Shown here: in pieces, positions 60,278 through 64,000 of the stretch | How the letters are laid out: each line of letters opens with the position of its first letter | Position numbering within the stretch: position 1 is the first letter of the stretch | Assembly: GCA_963921275.4 (NCBI GenBank) | Contig: OZ001293.3 | Span: forward strand, 5,216,001-5,280,000 | Reading direction: 5' to 3' | DNA: 64,000 bases | DNA from: an uncultured Hormoscilla sp. | GTDB lineage: Bacteria; Cyanobacteriota; Cyanobacteriia; Cyanobacteriales; Desertifilaceae | The notes under the pieces: generated by a model | Databases searched by the model: none | Told to the model about the DNA's origin: nothing | The model's input: only the letters and a program-made list of their open reading frames with translations | Program-made: the position numbers and the translations under genes

Positions 60278-60740
60278 AGACATGTCCAAAATATAATTTT
60301 TTGCTATAATTGGAGGTCAAAATTTTATTTATGAGTCGATAAATATGAGTTATATTTGCCGTTAAAATTGCCAATAATCTAAATAAATGCTTATTATCAG
60401 CTCGTAATAACGCTCAATTGAGTAAATAAGCTGAATAAATGGTAATCACCGCAAATGTTTCAGCTTTTTTATGGCGCATTTATTCTCGAATTACTACATC
60501 TATTGGAGTCAGTTATTGCTCTAAGTTGTTGGCTAGGACTAATTGTGTATGGTGCCTGGGTTTCAGATATATTATAATTTGGCGATTGCTCTTAAAAAAT
60601 TGAGTTTAATCAATACTATTTTTGCTTTGTTGACAGTAAATACATCAAACCCTGATTTATTCGTGTAAGTAACATATGTGATAAAATGAGGTGGAGATTA
60701 AAACCCAGACCTGGCAAAGGTTTTATTCTTGGACAGGTCT
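60278..60740. mobile_element. non-autonomous element with ends like the IS5-family element at 48410
   Basis: AGACATGTCCAAAATATAA ... TTGGACAGGTCT; interrupts the IS630 ORF at WTRKE|LV. Confidence 0.8.
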
Positions 60741-62235
60741 AGTTGGTACACGAAACTATCAAGCGAGGTATAGCAGAGGAGATAACACCTTCCACCGTCG
60801 GTCGTTTTTTAACATCAGGCAGACCTTAAGCCGCACCGTAGCAAATATTGGCAAAATCTAGAAGTCGAAAACGAAGCAGCTTTTCGACAAGAGGTCAGAC
60901 AAGTGTGCAAACTCTATCATCAAGCCGAGTCGTTGCACACCCAAGGTGTACATGTGGTCAGCACAGATGAAAAGACTGGGATTCAAGCAACCGAGCGTAT
61001 TTACCCGACTCGTCCGATGAAATCGGGCAAACCAGAGGCAGTAGAATTTGAATATGAACGGCACGGCACTCAAGCATTGATAGCTACTTCTGAAGTGGCA
61101 ACGGGCAAAGTTATCTGTTCGTCAGTGGGACCTACCCGCACGGAAGAAGATTTTGCAGCGCATATCCGCGCCACTGTGGAAATAGACCCCCAGGGTCAAT
61201 GGATATTTATTTGCGATCAATTGAATACTCACAAATCCGAAAGTCTGGTTAACGGGACTTTGAGAAAAAATAGGCGTAAAATGGCATCAAACCCTTTCAC
61301 AGAGCCACAGTGGGGTCGAGCTGGTCTCGCTCAACCCAGGCGAGCGGGTTTGCTGCCTATGAATTTCCTTCGACGTAAAACCCACACCCCGTAAGCTAAG
61401 AAGCCGTTTTTTGCCTGAGAAAATCTCAAAGTCCCGTATAACAAACTAGCCATCATTTGTGCTAGAATGGCACTCAGCTGCACCGCTGAAATCATTGTCC
61501 TGCAAGGGTTTCCGCCAAGCCGAATTTTCGAGGTGCCTCTGTCAACTATATTATCCGATATATTTGCGGCCTGGTGTACTAGTATACACCCTCTGGAGCG
61601 AAAATACTTCACCAACCCTAGGAGACCTCCTGCGTTGTGCAATAGCTTTGAGAGCTGAAATTATTATCCTGCAAGGGTTTGAGCTGTGTCCCACCCCGAA
61701 GAAAAACACAAGTGCCAGCTTGAAAGCTATCTATTTTCAATAAGCTGTCTCTATTGCAGTGAGCAGTTACCACTTCGATGTCTCCTGGGTAGTAGTCTAT
61801 CAAGATTGAGTTGACAGATGAAGAACGGTATAGCAGTCTGGAATTAAGTAATCCGGCTCTTCGGTACAAAGCAATGGTATTTTATCAAAAAAATAAGGTT
61901 GTAAGCCTTGCGCAGCAAGGCGAGGGAGCCCCTTAGCATACATTCGGAAAATGGGTTAATCAATTCGCCCCTAGCCTTACACTGCAAGGCTTTCGGCGGT
62001 TTTTAACTATCAATTTAGCGCTCCCAAGTATCGAAGACCCAGTAATCCTTGTATCGGTTGCAGGGTAAGGGTCAGAATCAATAATGGGGAGAGATTCGAA
62101 TCGGATCTCGAGAAGACGATTATTAAGAATATCCTCCACTATTGACAATCCCTGCTGATTATATTATTACCCATGATACTGCCCATGGCTTTTTATTCAC
62201 AAAAAAATGCCTAAATATTAGTACATTGTCGCCCT

Positions 62236-63364
62236 TATACCATTTTGGAAAAACAATGCTACAATTAGTTAAAGACCTAAATAGGAGGAAGTATGGCCGG
62301 CGTAGTTAAGATAGAAATTATCGAATCTAAATAATACCTTCAAAAATTGCTATCCCGAACCACCGGTGATAAGAAAGAGCGAGTACAAGCTTTATACTGG
62401 CTAAAAATTGGGGTCGTAGAAACAACTGAACATATTGCTGTTCTTTTAGCTTGTCATCGGACAACCGTATCTCGTTGGTTGACAATTTATCGAGAAGATG
62501 GTTTGGAAAAATTATTAGAACAAAAAAAAAGCCCCGGACGGCCCCGTTTAATACCCGAAGAAGCCCTAGAATCTCTCAAAAAGGAATTGTCGGAACCAGA
62601 AGTGTTTAATAGCTATGGAGAACTTCAGTTATGGTTGAAAATATTTGGGGAGCTAGATTTATCTTATTGGACAGTATATGAATGGGTTCATTATCGACTT
62701 AAAGCAAAGTTAAAAACTCCGAGGCCAAGACATATTAAACAAATTCCAGGTAGAATATAAACAGTTAAAAATGAGTTGCCAAATGTGCTAAAATCAGCGG
62801 TTTAAAGGATTAGAGCTTGGTCTAATCCTCAGAAATAAGTCAGGTTTTGGTGTCAAGATGAAACTCGACTGGGTTTAATGACACGGTCGCCACTCGGAAA
62901 GGAGTAAAACCTATACAAACTGAACAATTGGAATTTAAGTATTTTTGGCTTTATGGTTTAATTGAACCACGATCAAGGGAGCATTTTTTATAGGAATTTT
63001 CCCATTTAGATACAATTTGTTTTGAAAAATACTTAGAGTTATTTTCCCAAGATTATCCTAATGAACTACATATTATCCAGGCGGACAATAGCGGAGCACA
63101 TCAAGGCTCAACCCTTTCAATACCGTCAAATATTATTTTAATTTTTCAACCATCATACTCTCCAGAAGTTAATCCAATAGAAAGATTGTGGTTGGAAATC
63201 AAAAAGCAATTAAAAAGATGAGAATGGTTCAAAGACTTGGACGAATTGCGTCAAATTTTGAGTAGGATATTAGGATAATTAAGCAATCACGCTGTTGCAT
63301 CTTTAAGTAAATGGGGATTTATTGTCGATGCTTTATGTGTAGCAAACATATAGCAAAATGGTAT
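62236..63364 (+). mobile_element. IS630-family transposase pseudogene
   Basis: IRs ATACCATTTTG/CAAAATGGTAT; KERVQALYWLK, CQDETRLG and QPSYSPEVNPIERLW motifs with stops. Confidence 0.85.
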
Positions 63365-64000
63365 TACTCCAGAAGAACGGGAGCATCTAGAGCAAGTAAA
63401 AAAAGGTAAAACTGCTGCCTATAAGATTAACCACGCACGGATTCTGCTTAAAGCAGATATCAATCAAGAAGGTTTAGCAAGACCAAAATATTAGTAACGC
63501 ACTAGACATAAGTGTTTCGACAATTGAACGAGTCCGCAAACCCTTTGTCGAAATTGGAATAGAATCAGCTCTTGAGCGTAAACCTCAACAAAATCACAAA
63601 GAATCTTGTCTGGAGAAAAAGAAGCTTATTTAATTGCCCTTACTTGTAGGGAACCACCTCCCGATGTCACTTGACAAGGGTGATTTAATAAGATATCACC
63701 CTTGTCAAGTGACACCGCCAGGACAAGCTCCCTGGACCTTACCTCTCCTGCCAGACAAGATGGTGGAAGTTGAATATGTCGAGAGCATCTCTCATGAAAC
63801 TATCAGACAAACGCTAAAAAAAATGATTTAAAGGCTAAATGAATCTTGGGTAATTCCCCCTGACTTTGTTTGCCAAATGGAGGAGGTAATAGAAGTATAC
63901 CTCAGACCTTACGACTCTCAAAATACTGTCGTATGTTTTGAGGAAAGTAATAAGCAGTTAGTTAAAGAGACTCCCACTCCTTTACCAATGAAACCCCCTG
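63365..64000 (+). mobile_element. IS630-family transposase pseudogene (runs off the window), carrying a 50-bp hairpin insert
   Basis: TPEEREHL, HARILLKAD, SISHETIRQTLKK and MEEVIEVYLRPYD fragments. Confidence 0.8.
63665..63714. repeat. 50-bp hairpin with perfect 20-bp arms
   Basis: TGTCACTTGACAAGGGTGAT ... ATCACCCTTGTCAAGTGACA. Confidence 0.85.

Larger units (their letters stand above)
59447..61250 (+). mobile_element. IS630-family element (MARPTKPLNLM type), interrupted twice and 3'-truncated
   Basis: homologous to 34959-36501; insertions at 59699-59812 and 60278-60740. Confidence 0.88.

Overview
Window from a filamentous (Oscillatoriales-like) cyanobacterium, inferred from frequent HIP1 GCGATCGC sites, heptamer STRR repeats and cyanobacterial housekeeping genes; the heavy IS load and pseudogenes would fit a host-associated lineage, but that is inference. 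Core genes (S8 protease, rpe, rpsN, def, grxC, tadA, acyltransferase, uvrB, DUF790) lie among three notable layers. (1) A 13-kb tandem array of five Ig-like-repeat/RTX adhesin genes, one of them a recent recombinational mosaic of two neighbours. (2) About 12 group II intron pieces in ~29 kb: seven full-length ORF-less copies, four fragments and one intron whose protein has lost the RT domain. They include nested twintrons, and seven copies carry EBS1-type hexamers (six distinct sequences) complementary to their own insertion sites. (3) A family of ~44-bp hairpin elements with a fixed-register GTGC-NNN-TAGCGCT loop and co-varying stems, which insert into IS genes and into each other up to four deep. 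Also present: a Tat-signal lipoxygenase and aat with frameshifts, inactivated toxin genes (vapC split by an antisense intron), and many IS630, IS982, IS4, IS5, IS1 and ISKra4 remnants and MITEs. No CRISPR array, rRNA or tRNA was recognised.
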